From: an uncultured Pseudomonadota bacterium
GTDB taxonomy: Bacteria > Oederibacteriota > Muellerivitia > Muellerivitales > Muellerivitaceae
NCBI GenBank assembly: GCA_963770835.1
Contig: CAVYRH010000010.1
Location: 1 to 64,000, forward strand
DNA length: 64,000 bases
Direction: 5' to 3'
Shown: positions 9,014 to 18,881 of the stretch, piece by piece
Numbering within the stretch: position 1 is the stretch's first letter
Layout: each line of letters opens with the position of its first letter
Translations under genes and position numbers: made by a program
Notes under the pieces: model-generated
Database searches by the model: none
What the model was told of the DNA's origin: nothing
The model's input: the letters and a program-made list of their open reading frames with translations, nothing else

Positions 9014-10013
9014 TGTTGCTGTTCCTATCCGTGATTTCTTCGAAAAATACATAACCAGCGAACGGGGTTTGAGTTCTCACACAATTTTGGCTTACCGGGA
9101 TACTTGGAAATTATTCCTCGGTTTTGCGGCGGAATATCATCGAAAACCATGTGTGGAACTACAAGTGGAAGATATTGCCGCTGATACCGTTCGTCAATTC
9201 TTACTTCACCTCGAAAAAAAGCGACAGAATGGAATCCGAACCCGTAACGCAAGGCTCGCGGCGATTCGTTCCTTTTTCCGCTACTTGACATCTTTAGACC
9301 CGCGATTACTTGCCATCTCCCAAGCAGTGTTAGGGATTCCATTCAAACGGGAAGCCCATTCGGTCATGGGATATTTGGATCGGGAAGAAGTGATCCATTT
9401 ACTCAACCACATAAATACCAGGACATCCCACGGCAAACGCAACGAGGCCATTCTGCGGATGATTTACAACACCGGCGCACGGGCTCAGGAACTGATTGAT
9501 TTAGACGTTCCTCAAATACGGTTCAACCGTCCCTACATGGTTCGAATACTTGGGAAAGGGCACAAAGAGCGGACATGTCCCCTTTGGCCCGAAACCGTGG
9601 ACGCGTTGAAAATCTATCTGGAAGAACGTGGTGTACGATTTTCGGAGCGTGTTCCTCTTTTCCTGAACGCCAAAGGGCAAAGACTTTCCCGTTTTGGTTT
9701 ACGGTATCTGATTATCCAATGGGTCGGCATGGCGGCCAAAACCGCTCCAACCCTTCTCGCTCGAAAGATTGGGCCACATACCTTTCGACACACGACAGCC
9801 ATGCATTTGCTTCAATCCGGCGTCGATCTCAATATGATCCGATCCTGGCTTGGCCATTCTTCCATCGAGACCACCCATGGTTACATTGAACTCGATATGG
9901 AAATGAAACGGAAAACGCTTCAGTCCTGTGAAAAATTTCTTCCGAAAGTTGGCAAACATGGGCCTTCGTGGCAAAGGGATAAAGGCATTCTGGAGTGGCT
10001 GTCACGCCTTTAG
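9003..10013 (+). CDS. Tyrosine recombinase, RIT subunit C
   Basis: 'RTRNARLAAIRSFF', 'TGARAQE', 'GKGHKERTCPL', 'PHTFRHTTAMHLL', 'WLGH...TTHGY'. Confidence 0.92.
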   Translation: MSTNVAVPIRDFFEKYITSERGLSSHTILAYRDTWKLFLGFAAEYHRKPCVELQVEDIAADTVRQFLLHLEKKRQNGIRTRNARLAAIRSFFRYLTSLDPRLLAISQAVLGIPFKREAHSVMGYLDREEVIHLLNHINTRTSHGKRNEAILRMIYNTGARAQELIDLDVPQIRFNRPYMVRILGKGHKERTCPLWPETVDALKIYLEERGVRFSERVPLFLNAKGQRLSRFGLRYLIIQWVGMAAKTAPTLLARKIGPHTFRHTTAMHLLQSGVDLNMIRSWLGHSSIETTHGYIELDMEMKRKTLQSCEKFLPKVGKHGPSWQRDKGILEWLSRL

Positions 10014-10249
10014 TTATGTGAAGTGAACTTGTTGGCACGGTTGTCGAGGCGTCCATCGGGCAAACTGGTTCATGTTAAAATCGCTGAAAACTTGCCCTGC
10101 CTAGGCTGGGAAACAGGGCGAGTGGGTCGTGCGAAACGCAAGAGAGGAAATCCAAAAAAATCTTAAGGAAGGGGCAATACCTGGGATATTTTTAATAAAA
10201 AAGATGATTACAACGGAAAATTGAAAACGTCTAAACATCTTTCCGGTTC

Positions 10250-13200
10250 TTAAAATGCCCAACTCATTCCACCTCCATAGGTGTTCAAGCTGAGAGCGTT
10301 GTTGTAATTTCCATTGAAGCCCACGAACAGATGGAAAACCTTTGAAAGCTGGAGATCAAGGCCGAGCCCTAAACCGTACAGAAAAGGATCCTCCGTCCCT
10401 CCTTGCATGGAGAATAACGCTCCAGGAGCCCCGGTGAAGCTTCCATGAATATTAGAAATATTGCCGGACATAACCGGGCCCGCTGTGGCTGAAAAAGAAG
10501 GTGTCAAGGAAGCATCCTTGCCGAGCGAAATATTACGAGCCATGTTGATTCCGACCTCGCCTCCCAGACAATCGACCGACCAGCTGTTTACCTGTAAATT
10601 AAGTGATCCGGCCCCGGTTTCGGTAAAGCCATTCATCCAAACCTTGTTATAGCGGAGGCCTGCGAAAGGCTTCATCGAAAAACCCGAGTCCTCATAATCG
10701 TAAGAGGCTTGCAAGGCCGCTGTCATCTCGTTTCCCGTGTTGGCGGCATTGGCTGTCGCCGTATCGGTGCCGATGCTGACGACTCTCTCGGTCTTCAACT
10801 GGTCCCATCCCCCATCGGCCAAGAGGGTGAAGTGAAATTTCCCTCTCCGAAAGTCACTGAAAATGCCGGCTTGGTAGCTGTCCACAGTGGTTTCCGAGTT
10901 TCCGCCATCGGTGGAAGTCAGGCCCGAGTGAAGATACGAGCCAGTCAAACCCATCTTGAGGTCTCCTGCCAGGGGAAAGTCGTAACCGCTTATATAGCTG
11001 TAGGAATTAACGGCGTATCCCACGAAATTATTGGAACCATAAACGGTGCCATAGGATCCTGAACTTTGCATCCAAAAACCCGGGAAGTCGTTAGGAGAGG
11101 AAGTCCCGCTGGACGCAGTCATGGGGACTTGAACGTCCGACATAATGGAATTGCTTGGAGACACCTGCCAGTTTTGTGGAAGAGACAAACCGATCCCCTG
11201 TTCCCTTGCCATCAATTGGTCGGCAGACTGGTTTAGCTGGCCTAACAGAACCAAGTTGATAGGGATATAGGAAGAACCGCTCATCTGGTTCATGGAGGCC
11301 TGCGCTTGGCTGGGGGAAAGGTTGTAAAGTTCGCCTAATTTGTCCACGAAATCATCGGTTCCGAGGTAAATCCCTTGATCCAAGGCCTGAGCCAATTGAA
11401 TTTGGTTTTGAGTCGAAGCCAGTGAATGGAAGTTGATGTCATTGCGGGTTAAAACCAGGGTGACCGAGTTGTTTCCGTAAAGAAGACTCGGCGTCAAATT
11501 GGTCAGACTGTCAGAAACGCTTGAAAAGGTGCCCGCCAAAGTTGAGGCGGCGGAAAGAACCAGATACTTGGTGCGAATACTATAAATACCCGGATCGGAG
11601 GTGACCGTCATTGCCCCGTTCAAGCTCGCGTTGAATGTAGCTAGTTCGGCCGAATTTCCGTTGCCTGGGGCGGTCTCCACCAGGAAAGTCCCGCCTGGAA
11701 GCTGGTCAAATTGAGCCACATTAAAACTACCGGAGGTTCCCTGGAGTTTTAATGTGCCGCTGTTGGTGACAACGCCAAAAACGGATCCGTAACCGGTTAA
11801 TTGGCCCCCGCTTGCGATGGAAACGGGACAATTGATTAGGGCTTCCGTGTTTCCGATGTCCCCCACTTCCAGCGTGCCGTTCAACACGGTCACCCCTAAA
11901 GCATTCGAGGCCGTGCCGTCCAGGGTGAGAATTCCCTGGCCTGTTTTGGTGAAGCCACCCGTACCGGTGATGTTCCCGGCCCAAGTGGAATCAAACCCGT
12001 TTGAATCGAAAATCCCGCCATTGGCAGTCACGAGGAGGTTATTCGAGAGGCTGACTCCCGAAGCGGCTTGAAGGGTGCCTGCGTCCAGCGTAAGGGTCGA
12101 TCCGGCGGCCCCTAAGGCGCCAATGGAACCTACTGCTAACAGGCTTCCAGAAACGGAAGTCCCACCGCTATAGGTGTTCGTGCCGGTCAAAGTCAAAGCC
12201 CCGGCCCCTGTTTTGACTAGTTCACCCGTGCCCGATATCACGCCGCCGAAAGAGCTACCCACCGCCCCGTCAAGAATTAAGGTCGCCGTTTCCATGGAAA
12301 CCGCCCCCGTGCCGGACAGGCTGCCTAGTGTCAGGTTATTCCCGTTCAAGTCCAGGGTACCCGCGCTCTCAATGGAAATAGCCGCGTCGTTCGGCACCAT
12401 CGTGTCCGCAAATACCAAAGAGCCCTGGCGGATGTCGATCTGTGTGGAACCGGGGCTGTAGCCGTAACTAGACCCATCCAAGGTCAGGGTTCCCGCGCCG
12501 GTCTTGATAAAAGGGGATAGCCACATGACTCCGCCCGTCCAAAGGACGTTGTAGCCATTGGTGTCGATGGTTCCCCCGCCCGTATCCAGGTAGAGGGTCT
12601 TGGTGAAGGTAACGGAGGCCCCGGCTTGGAGAGTCCCCCCTTCCATCCAAACATAGCCACCGGTCCCCAGGTTCTGGTTGGACGCAACATTAAGGATTCC
12701 CCCGCTGATGTAGGTGTACCCGCTGTAAGTATTTAAGCCAGCCAGAGTCAGGGTTCCAGCCCCCGATTTAAAAAGGTAACCAAGGTTGCCACTGATGACT
12801 CCCGAAAAGGTGGAATTGAAGCCGTCGGTGTTAATGGTTCCAATACCATCGGGCCCAAGGAGAATATTGCCTGTGAATGTCATGGCATCCAGGGTTTGAA
12901 GGGTGCCGCCGCTCAAGGCAAGGGGCCCCGTCCCCAAATTGTCTTCGTTGTATATGCTGAGGATTCCGGCGGCTAGCGTGGTGCCGCCGCTGTAGGTATT
13001 AACACCCGATAGGGTCATTGGATTATTGCTTGTTTTAGTCAGGCTTCCGGTGCCGGATAGGATGCCCTCGAAGTCGGTGAAGTCACAATCGAAGGTGGTG
13101 CTACCCGAAAGCACAAAATCGCGTGAAGTGGTAAGACCATAGGATGCGAAGGTCGCGTTGTTCACCGCCACGATTCCGGCCGGGTTTCCCAATGCGGCAT

Positions 13201-13966
13201 CGTTGGAGACATACAACTCGCCCCCATTGACGGTCGTTCCCCCGCCATAGCTGTTGGCCCCGTTCAATTCGAGGGTGCCGTTTCCGACTTTCGTCAGGCC
13301 GCCGGCCCCCTCAATCTCTCCATAAAGGATCAAGGTATAAGCGTTCGTGTCGAAGGCACCACCCTGGGATGTCAAACTCACCGGGCGATAACTGTAAATG
13401 TAATTGCCCCCAGCTTGCAGGGTGCCGCCATCCAGGGTCAACAGGCCTTGCGCCGTTCCCAGGTTATTGTCGCTCGTAATGTTTAAAACCGTTCCGCTTC
13501 CAACATAGGTTCCACCCGTATAACTGTTGGTGCCACTCAAGTTCAAGGCCCCTCCGGGAATGGAGGAAATCACCGACAAACCCCCGCTTCCTGTTACGGC
13601 TCCTCCCCAAGATGAATCAAACCCGTTCGTGTCGAAGGTACCATTGCCGCTTCCCAAAACCATGGTCCGGGTGGGGTCAAAGGAAATGCCCGCGGAAGTT
13701 TGCAATGTTCCATCGTCCAGGGTGAGGGTTGTTCCGGAAGCTCCCAGTCCGCTGTCGGCACTTACTGTCAGCGTTGCGCCTCCGCTAACAGTGGTCTGGG
13801 CATGAATGGGTAATTGGGCAAGTATAAAAAACACAATTCCAAAGCTGATTCGAAAAGTTTGAGAAGAAATTAAAAGAGCGGTTTTGTATTTAGAAGCAAG
13901 TTTTTTCATCATACAAGGTCCCAAAGGATTTGTTTTGGCATCATTATTCGCAAACCATCTTGGCAA
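10250..13966 (-). CDS. Type Va autotransporter with passenger-associated beta-strand (PATR) repeats
   Basis: Signal peptide ending '...IHA-Q' (true start probably MMKKLASK); many 'LTKxGxGTLTLxGxNTYSGGT' repeats; C-terminal beta-barrel ending in Phe. Confidence 0.92.
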   Translation of the reverse strand: MPRWFANNDAKTNPLGPCMMKKLASKYKTALLISSQTFRISFGIVFFILAQLPIHAQTTVSGGATLTVSADSGLGASGTTLTLDDGTLQTSAGISFDPTRTMVLGSGNGTFDTNGFDSSWGGAVTGSGGLSVISSIPGGALNLSGTNSYTGGTYVGSGTVLNITSDNNLGTAQGLLTLDGGTLQAGGNYIYSYRPVSLTSQGGAFDTNAYTLILYGEIEGAGGLTKVGNGTLELNGANSYGGGTTVNGGELYVSNDAALGNPAGIVAVNNATFASYGLTTSRDFVLSGSTTFDCDFTDFEGILSGTGSLTKTSNNPMTLSGVNTYSGGTTLAAGILSIYNEDNLGTGPLALSGGTLQTLDAMTFTGNILLGPDGIGTINTDGFNSTFSGVISGNLGYLFKSGAGTLTLAGLNTYSGYTYISGGILNVASNQNLGTGGYVWMEGGTLQAGASVTFTKTLYLDTGGGTIDTNGYNVLWTGGVMWLSPFIKTGAGTLTLDGSSYGYSPGSTQIDIRQGSLVFADTMVPNDAAISIESAGTLDLNGNNLTLGSLSGTGAVSMETATLILDGAVGSSFGGVISGTGELVKTGAGALTLTGTNTYSGGTSVSGSLLAVGSIGALGAAGSTLTLDAGTLQAASGVSLSNNLLVTANGGIFDSNGFDSTWAGNITGTGGFTKTGQGILTLDGTASNALGVTVLNGTLEVGDIGNTEALINCPVSIASGGQLTGYGSVFGVVTNSGTLKLQGTSGSFNVAQFDQLPGGTFLVETAPGNGNSAELATFNASLNGAMTVTSDPGIYSIRTKYLVLSAASTLAGTFSSVSDSLTNLTPSLLYGNNSVTLVLTRNDINFHSLASTQNQIQLAQALDQGIYLGTDDFVDKLGELYNLSPSQAQASMNQMSGSSYIPINLVLLGQLNQSADQLMAREQGIGLSLPQNWQVSPSNSIMSDVQVPMTASSGTSSPNDFPGFWMQSSGSYGTVYGSNNFVGYAVNSYSYISGYDFPLAGDLKMGLTGSYLHSGLTSTDGGNSETTVDSYQAGIFSDFRRGKFHFTLLADGGWDQLKTERVVSIGTDTATANAANTGNEMTAALQASYDYEDSGFSMKPFAGLRYNKVWMNGFTETGAGSLNLQVNSWSVDCLGGEVGINMARNISLGKDASLTPSFSATAGPVMSGNISNIHGSFTGAPGALFSMQGGTEDPFLYGLGLGLDLQLSKVFHLFVGFNGNYNNALSLNTYGGGMSWAF

Positions 13967-14240
13967 TCATTATCCCACATTTAATTGGCTTCATTTGAAA
14001 AAATGTTTTTCGAACGCTAATGACCGGGGATGCAGCAGAGGAAAGCTTTTAAGTTTTGGGGAATTTAATAACCTTGGAAATTCAAAAGGGATATAAATAC
14101 TTTTCTCATCTCCAAATCGGAAAAAGTATGTCAGTCCACCACGCTAAATTATGTGAAGTAAAAAGAGTGCGTTTCCGGCTATTCAAATAAAAATAAGAGT
14201 TAATCAGAAGTCACTCCACATAACTAGCTACTGCACATAA

Positions 14241-14370
14241 CATCATCAGCCGTTGCACTTGTTGCGGGGCGGTGATGGAGAAATGGAATTTTGAACTCTG
14301 GAAAAGCCGGTGTTCCGATTGCGCCCCGGAACTGTACCAGGACCAGGGGGAACCGGCATCCGGTGATTGA
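14241..14370 (+). pseudogene. 3' part of the RIT-split Cys-rich gene
   Basis: IISRCTCCGAVMEKWNFELWKSRCSDCAPE...GD*, in frame with 6511-6584. Confidence 0.65.
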
Positions 14371-14682
14371 ATGAAAGCCGTCCGCCACCTTTGCCGGTGT
14401 GGACTTCGTGACCAAAGGTGGCGACGCATTAAGATTAAGTATGGGAACGATCAAAGATGGACGATTTCGGGGTAGCTCCAAGGGCTGCCCCCTTTTGTTT
14501 GGGATTGGCCGCAAAGTCCCTCCGAAGCCGGGAAGCTTTTTTACGGGAACTTCCGGGAGGGCAGACAGTAAAACAACAAAAGTCTAATTTTGGGATTCAG
14601 GAGTTGGTGAAATTTCCATTACAACCACTTGTTTGCGGAAGTAAAATCCCTGAGCCCGCAATCCAAATTGAATGGAGTTTTT

Positions 14683-15705
14683 ATGAAATTGAGAAAGGCT
14701 TGTTTCCTGCTTTTTTCGATTTTCTTTCCCGCCTTTGCTTATTGCCAATCCACAACTGATGCTTCCCAAGCGGCCGTTTTTAACGGTTATAAGGGTTTCG
14801 CCTGGGGAACGACCTTCGATGATTTTTTGGCGAAGAAAAACTGTGGCAAAGGTAATTCGGATTGCGTCCTGAACGTGGATAAAAAGGACATTTGCAGTTT
14901 CCGTTACTCGGATATCGGGGATCCGACGGCGTATAAAAAACTGATGGCCTTGGGGATTGCCGTTAAGGATACCGCCCTTGGCAATTACCTGGGGAAAAAT
15001 TGCGAAGTTCAAGTGCAAGACAACGTAAACTTCAAATCGGCAGAACTGCCGTTGCCCGAAGTCTTCGATAGTGTTTTCATGAAATCGGAAGGGGTGGTTT
15101 ATTTTTTTATCAATAAGGAGCTTTCGGGCGCCTTTGCGATCATGGATTCCAAGGATGTCGAGGCGGGGAAACAACTCATGCAATCCAAGATGGACGCGGT
15201 TGAGAAAAGTCAAAACTTGATGATGCCGGCCCTGAAACCTCCGGTAGGGGGAAGTTTTGAGATCAAACGTTCAAAAACGCCTTCGTTCTTTTCGACGCAT
15301 GGCGGCCCACAGGTTGTAGAGGTGGCTGGCCTTGCGCCGGTGAAATTTGATTTTTACGGGGTGATGGATGGATTGACCTATCCCTTCAATGACGCGACCA
15401 CGGGTTGCGTTTTGAATATCCAGGAAGGCTACAAGAAATACGGGTACCTGAATACGGGCGTGCCCGCGGCGGGTGCCGCGCCGAAAGGAAACTATGTGGC
15501 CCTGAAGAATTTCATGGGCGGCTTGGCCTATTGGAACAATGTCCGGCTGAAGGGTTTTATGGATTCCCTTAATAAATCATTCGTGGACCAAAACAACGCC
15601 GTGAAAGCCAAGGAGCAGGAAAAGGAAAAAGAGCATACGGTACATATCAGTAAATTTTTGACATACAAACGATCACCACGATGTAGTGCCGTACTCAAAA
15701 AATAA
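14683..15705 (+). CDS. Secreted hypothetical protein; C-terminus probably truncated and fused near 15630
   Basis: GGAG RBS, signal peptide MKLRKACFLLFSIFFPAFAYC; last residues run antisense into the opposite gene. Confidence 0.65.
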   Translation: MKLRKACFLLFSIFFPAFAYCQSTTDASQAAVFNGYKGFAWGTTFDDFLAKKNCGKGNSDCVLNVDKKDICSFRYSDIGDPTAYKKLMALGIAVKDTALGNYLGKNCEVQVQDNVNFKSAELPLPEVFDSVFMKSEGVVYFFINKELSGAFAIMDSKDVEAGKQLMQSKMDAVEKSQNLMMPALKPPVGGSFEIKRSKTPSFFSTHGGPQVVEVAGLAPVKFDFYGVMDGLTYPFNDATTGCVLNIQEGYKKYGYLNTGVPAAGAAPKGNYVALKNFMGGLAYWNNVRLKGFMDSLNKSFVDQNNAVKAKEQEKEKEHTVHISKFLTYKRSPRCSAVLKK

Positions 15706-16382
15706 AGAAGCAATGGAGCAAGAACCAATACCGCCGTGAAAGGGCGGATAAGAAATGCAAAACCTGAAGCCATTCCCAATCCGACGGCCGACTCCAAGTT
15801 GAGTTCCGCCCCTATGAGAAAATAGGCAGCTAATGTCAAAAAAAGCAATCCGCTTGGGTGGGACATGAGGCAAGCTGAATTAAAAATGAAATAGGGGCAA
15901 AAAAGAGTCAGGGCCATCGCGATATTTGCCACTTGGGGCGAAACTAGATTTCGTGCCATGACGAATAAAAGTGCTAGGGTGAGGAGACTTAAAAAAGGAT
16001 TTACCCACCATTCCAGATTCAGGATCTTTCCCACAGCAAGCAAAAGAGGCCACCCCGGAGGGTATTTCCCATAATAGATTCCGTTGTTGACGATATTAGC
16101 CGTATCGAAAAAGGCGCGGGGTTCCGGTGATGGAACGGAAAGCCTTCCAGTTGAAAAGAGTCCGGCAGAAATCTGATACGAGTATTCGTCCGGTGAATAC
16201 GGAAATCCTTGAAATGTAACGTGGGTAGTGTAAAAAATCAGGCCACCGTTAACCAGAATCGCCACATAAAGCCAGGTGGGTCTTTTCGCCTTAAACCATT
16301 GACTTAATAAATCTTTACCGAGCATTTCTCGCACCCAGGGGTGGAAAACCCAAATTTTTAAATTCGGCCATTTATTCAGCAC
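15528..16382 (-). pseudogene. ArnT/PMT-like (GT-C) membrane glycosyltransferase, 3'-truncated
   Basis: 'SPDEYSYQISA', 'GKYPPGWPLLLA', 'FAFLIRP', multiple TM helices; only the N-terminal half is present. Confidence 0.7.
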
Positions 16383-16499
16383 TTTTGGACCTTAGCTTTT
16401 ATTTTTTACATGCACTCTTTAAAAATTGCAGTATTCTTTCTTCAGGCTAGTTTCTCCTACCGGGATGGTAAACATATAACTTAAAGGTGGGGTCAGCAC

Positions 16500-17552
16500 A
16501 TGAATAAACTATTTCGAAGTATTGTGATGTTCTGTAGTTTTACGGCTTTGGGTGCGGTTTTTATCTTGATTTTGACGTTATCACAAAGTTGCACCAACAA
16601 AACCATCAACAGCCCGCAAGTATCAAACCAAGCTAATTTGCACACAGCGAAAGCGAGTGATACTGGATGCAATGATTTTTGCGGTAACCCCATGCCATGT
16701 GATTGTTATTCCACTTACGATTCAACGGTATCTCCCATCGTTTGTACCATAATTTGTCCCTCGGTAACTCCAACCGTATCTCCATCTACGTCGCCGACCC
16801 CACCCGCTTCGGCGGTTGCAATCAGCGTGGATGCGAGCGACGAGAATAATACAAAAGTGAACTATCAGACTGTTGGAACGTTGACAAATGTTACTTTCAG
16901 CGCCCCGAGAGCTACAGCGAGCAATCCATCTGAAAACGGCTCGTTCTCTTTTACCTTTAACGAACACAACTTGGCCCTAGGGACTAATCAGATAATCCTT
17001 AATGCCAGTAATATGCAGTCTCCTATTATTGTCACCGCGACGCGAAATCAAGCACAGGCGCCACCTCTTGGACTCGAATCCACAATTGTTTTTTACCGGG
17101 TACCTGTTGAAGATGTTGGCCTTGTTCTTGTTGGACTCAATTATGAGATTTTGGAACAATACAATCTCATCAATTATTCAATCAACGTTTTGCCGGGAGG
17201 TAAAACAATATGGGTTGGTAATAGTTTTGTAAACCTCTATAGCCCAGAAAATCCAAATATTCCAAGCGAAATTTCTGGTTGGACGGAGGACCATTACTAT
17301 TTGGATTCTAACGGTGAACATTTGCTCCAGTCTATGGCTGACTATAATCCGGACCCAGCCTTCGTTCCTTCACTCAATTTTGAAAGTAAAAATTCCACAA
17401 ATAATAGTTTCTTTGCTCCTGGACTGATAGGCACATTTGAAGGAGTAGGTGAAATTAAAGTTTTAGCTTTTGATGATCCTGGCGGAGCCGTTATGGCTTT
17501 CCCTTCTGGATTCCCCGCAACCAATCCTGTTTTAGCAGTACCCATTCAATGA
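16500..17552 (+). CDS. Hypothetical lipoprotein
   Basis: Hydrophobic N-terminus ending LSQS-C, Cys/Pro-rich linker, AT-rich. Confidence 0.7.
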   Translation: MNKLFRSIVMFCSFTALGAVFILILTLSQSCTNKTINSPQVSNQANLHTAKASDTGCNDFCGNPMPCDCYSTYDSTVSPIVCTIICPSVTPTVSPSTSPTPPASAVAISVDASDENNTKVNYQTVGTLTNVTFSAPRATASNPSENGSFSFTFNEHNLALGTNQIILNASNMQSPIIVTATRNQAQAPPLGLESTIVFYRVPVEDVGLVLVGLNYEILEQYNLINYSINVLPGGKTIWVGNSFVNLYSPENPNIPSEISGWTEDHYYLDSNGEHLLQSMADYNPDPAFVPSLNFESKNSTNNSFFAPGLIGTFEGVGEIKVLAFDDPGGAVMAFPSGFPATNPVLAVPIQ

Positions 17553-17566
17553 TTCGGAGGAGAAAA

Positions 17567-18190
17567 ATGAAAAAGTCAAATCTTGCTGTTCTGCTTCTTT
17601 CTTTGTCTTTGTTTTCACTGGCGGGCAATTTGAAAGTAAATGCTCATGATGACGACGGCGATAGGCATGAGAAATCTGCCCTCGCTACCGTGAATGGTAT
17701 CGTTGTTACAAAAAATGATTTGAAAGCGAAACCGACTGATACCCAAACCATTTTGGACAAACGGCTTGGCTTAGCGATTCGGAAGATTATTTACAACGAA
17801 ACGGCAAAACAGTTCGACGTTCGGGTCACAAACGAGGAAATAAATGAAAAATGGGAAAAAATAAATAACAACTCTGGCGCGCCCATTGACAGCGGAGCAG
17901 AGTTTGGAATTGAAGCTATGCTTACAGAAGAAAAATTAAACGTCAAAATTGATGATGAAATTGCGGAAAGAAATCAGGACTTTGCAAAATATCTTTACCT
18001 AGTCAAAAACAATCCTAGCAGTCCTGAAATACAAAAAATTATTACTCGATTTGCGAACGAACATCACGCTACTGTCCTTGATTATGTTGAAGCACAAAGG
18101 GCTTTGTGGTGGACCGCTCGATACAAACACGCAGACATTGACATTATTGATCGTGACTATATCGGGGCTCTCGCTTATGTCAAACCTTAA
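17567..18190 (+). CDS. Secreted hypothetical protein, weak SurA/PrsA N-terminal-like motif
   Basis: GGAGG RBS, signal peptide, 'LATVNGIVVTKNDL...VTNEEINE'. Confidence 0.65.
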   Translation: MKKSNLAVLLLSLSLFSLAGNLKVNAHDDDGDRHEKSALATVNGIVVTKNDLKAKPTDTQTILDKRLGLAIRKIIYNETAKQFDVRVTNEEINEKWEKINNNSGAPIDSGAEFGIEAMLTEEKLNVKIDDEIAERNQDFAKYLYLVKNNPSSPEIQKIITRFANEHHATVLDYVEAQRALWWTARYKHADIDIIDRDYIGALAYVKP

Positions 18191-18253
18191 ACGGGAGAAA
18201 AATTCAATTTAGGTTCCCGGCAGATCGATTCAGGTGTCATATACGTGTCAAAC

Positions 18254-18302
18254 TCGACCGTCAAAATGGGGATTTGACCGTCACCAAGTGTCCTTGACCG
18301 CC
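18254..18302 (+). repeat. Putative integrase/excisionase arm-type repeats
   Basis: TCGACCGTC, TTGACCGTC, TTGACCGCC at 18254, 18274, 18294 (20-bp period). Confidence 0.6.
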
Positions 18303-18427
18303 ATTTCAAAAAAGAAGCCCTTGTCCTCTTGGGTCGTAAAACCGTTAAGGACAAAGGCTTTTAAAAGCGTGCTGGGGACTAGTTGAATTTTTGAAACAGC
18401 CCTCATGAAGCTGGAAAACTGCTGTCC

Positions 18428-18476
18428 CTGTTTCGTAAACAGCAGGTCGCCGGTTCAAACCCGGTCCCCAGCTCCA
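18428..18476 (+). other. attR-like site: 3' fragment of tRNA-Thr(CGT)
   Basis: Anticodon arm CTGT-TTCGTAA-ACAG, T arm GCCGG-TTCAAAC-CCGGT, acceptor 3' strand and CCA; no D arm upstream. Confidence 0.85.
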
Positions 18477-18881
18477 TTTTTAGCTTTGGTAAAGGACCTG
18501 GAAAAGAGTTTTTTTCAAGTATTTCCGTGGAGTTATAAGCGAAGTTTTTACCGAAATGGAAAAGGTTTTCAGCCCCTGATTCCAGCGTTAATTAATTCAC
18601 CTTCCAAAATTTAAAAAATTCAACTCAGGAACATTCATTGATCTTTTTGGAGGATAATTTGTATATCCGTAAGACCAATAAAAAATGAATTTGATATCGG
18701 ATCGGCCTTGCTCCGCCAAAAGTTTATGACCGTTAATCGCTTAACGAAAGTTTTTTGTAATAGTGAATCGCTACCATTTTTTTACCCAACTTTTTTGATT
18801 ATTCCTCGATAATCCAGCTCAATGGCTTTCAAAAGGCCTTCTAATTGATTTTGAGCTTTTAGTCCATTCCGAGGAATTTGC

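Larger units (their letters stand above)
6585..14240 (+). mobile_element. Recombinase-in-trio (RIT) element carrying an autotransporter gene between its ends
   Basis: Three overlapping tyrosine recombinases. Left end TTATGTGG-N9-TTATGTGG (6611-6635) with inner inverted CTTCACATAA (6694-6703). Right end CCACATAA-N9-GCACATAA (14216-14240) with inner TTATGTGAAG (14149-14158). Confidence 0.85.
1..18476. mobile_element. Right portion of an integrative element/genomic island inserted at tRNA-Thr(CGT); left end and integrase lie upstream of the window
   Basis: Ends in an isolated tRNA 3' fragment (18428-18476) preceded by periodic arm-type repeats; contains ardC, RIT recombinases, AT-rich orphan genes. 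The left boundary is not visible. Confidence 0.7.

Noticed and set aside
10014..10110. RIT right end directly after the third recombinase
   Set aside because: Only the inner TTATGTGAAG site is present; the paired CACATAA sites occur at 14216-14240.
18371..18476. Complete tRNA-Thr gene
   Set aside because: No D arm or conserved 5' residues; treated as an att fragment.
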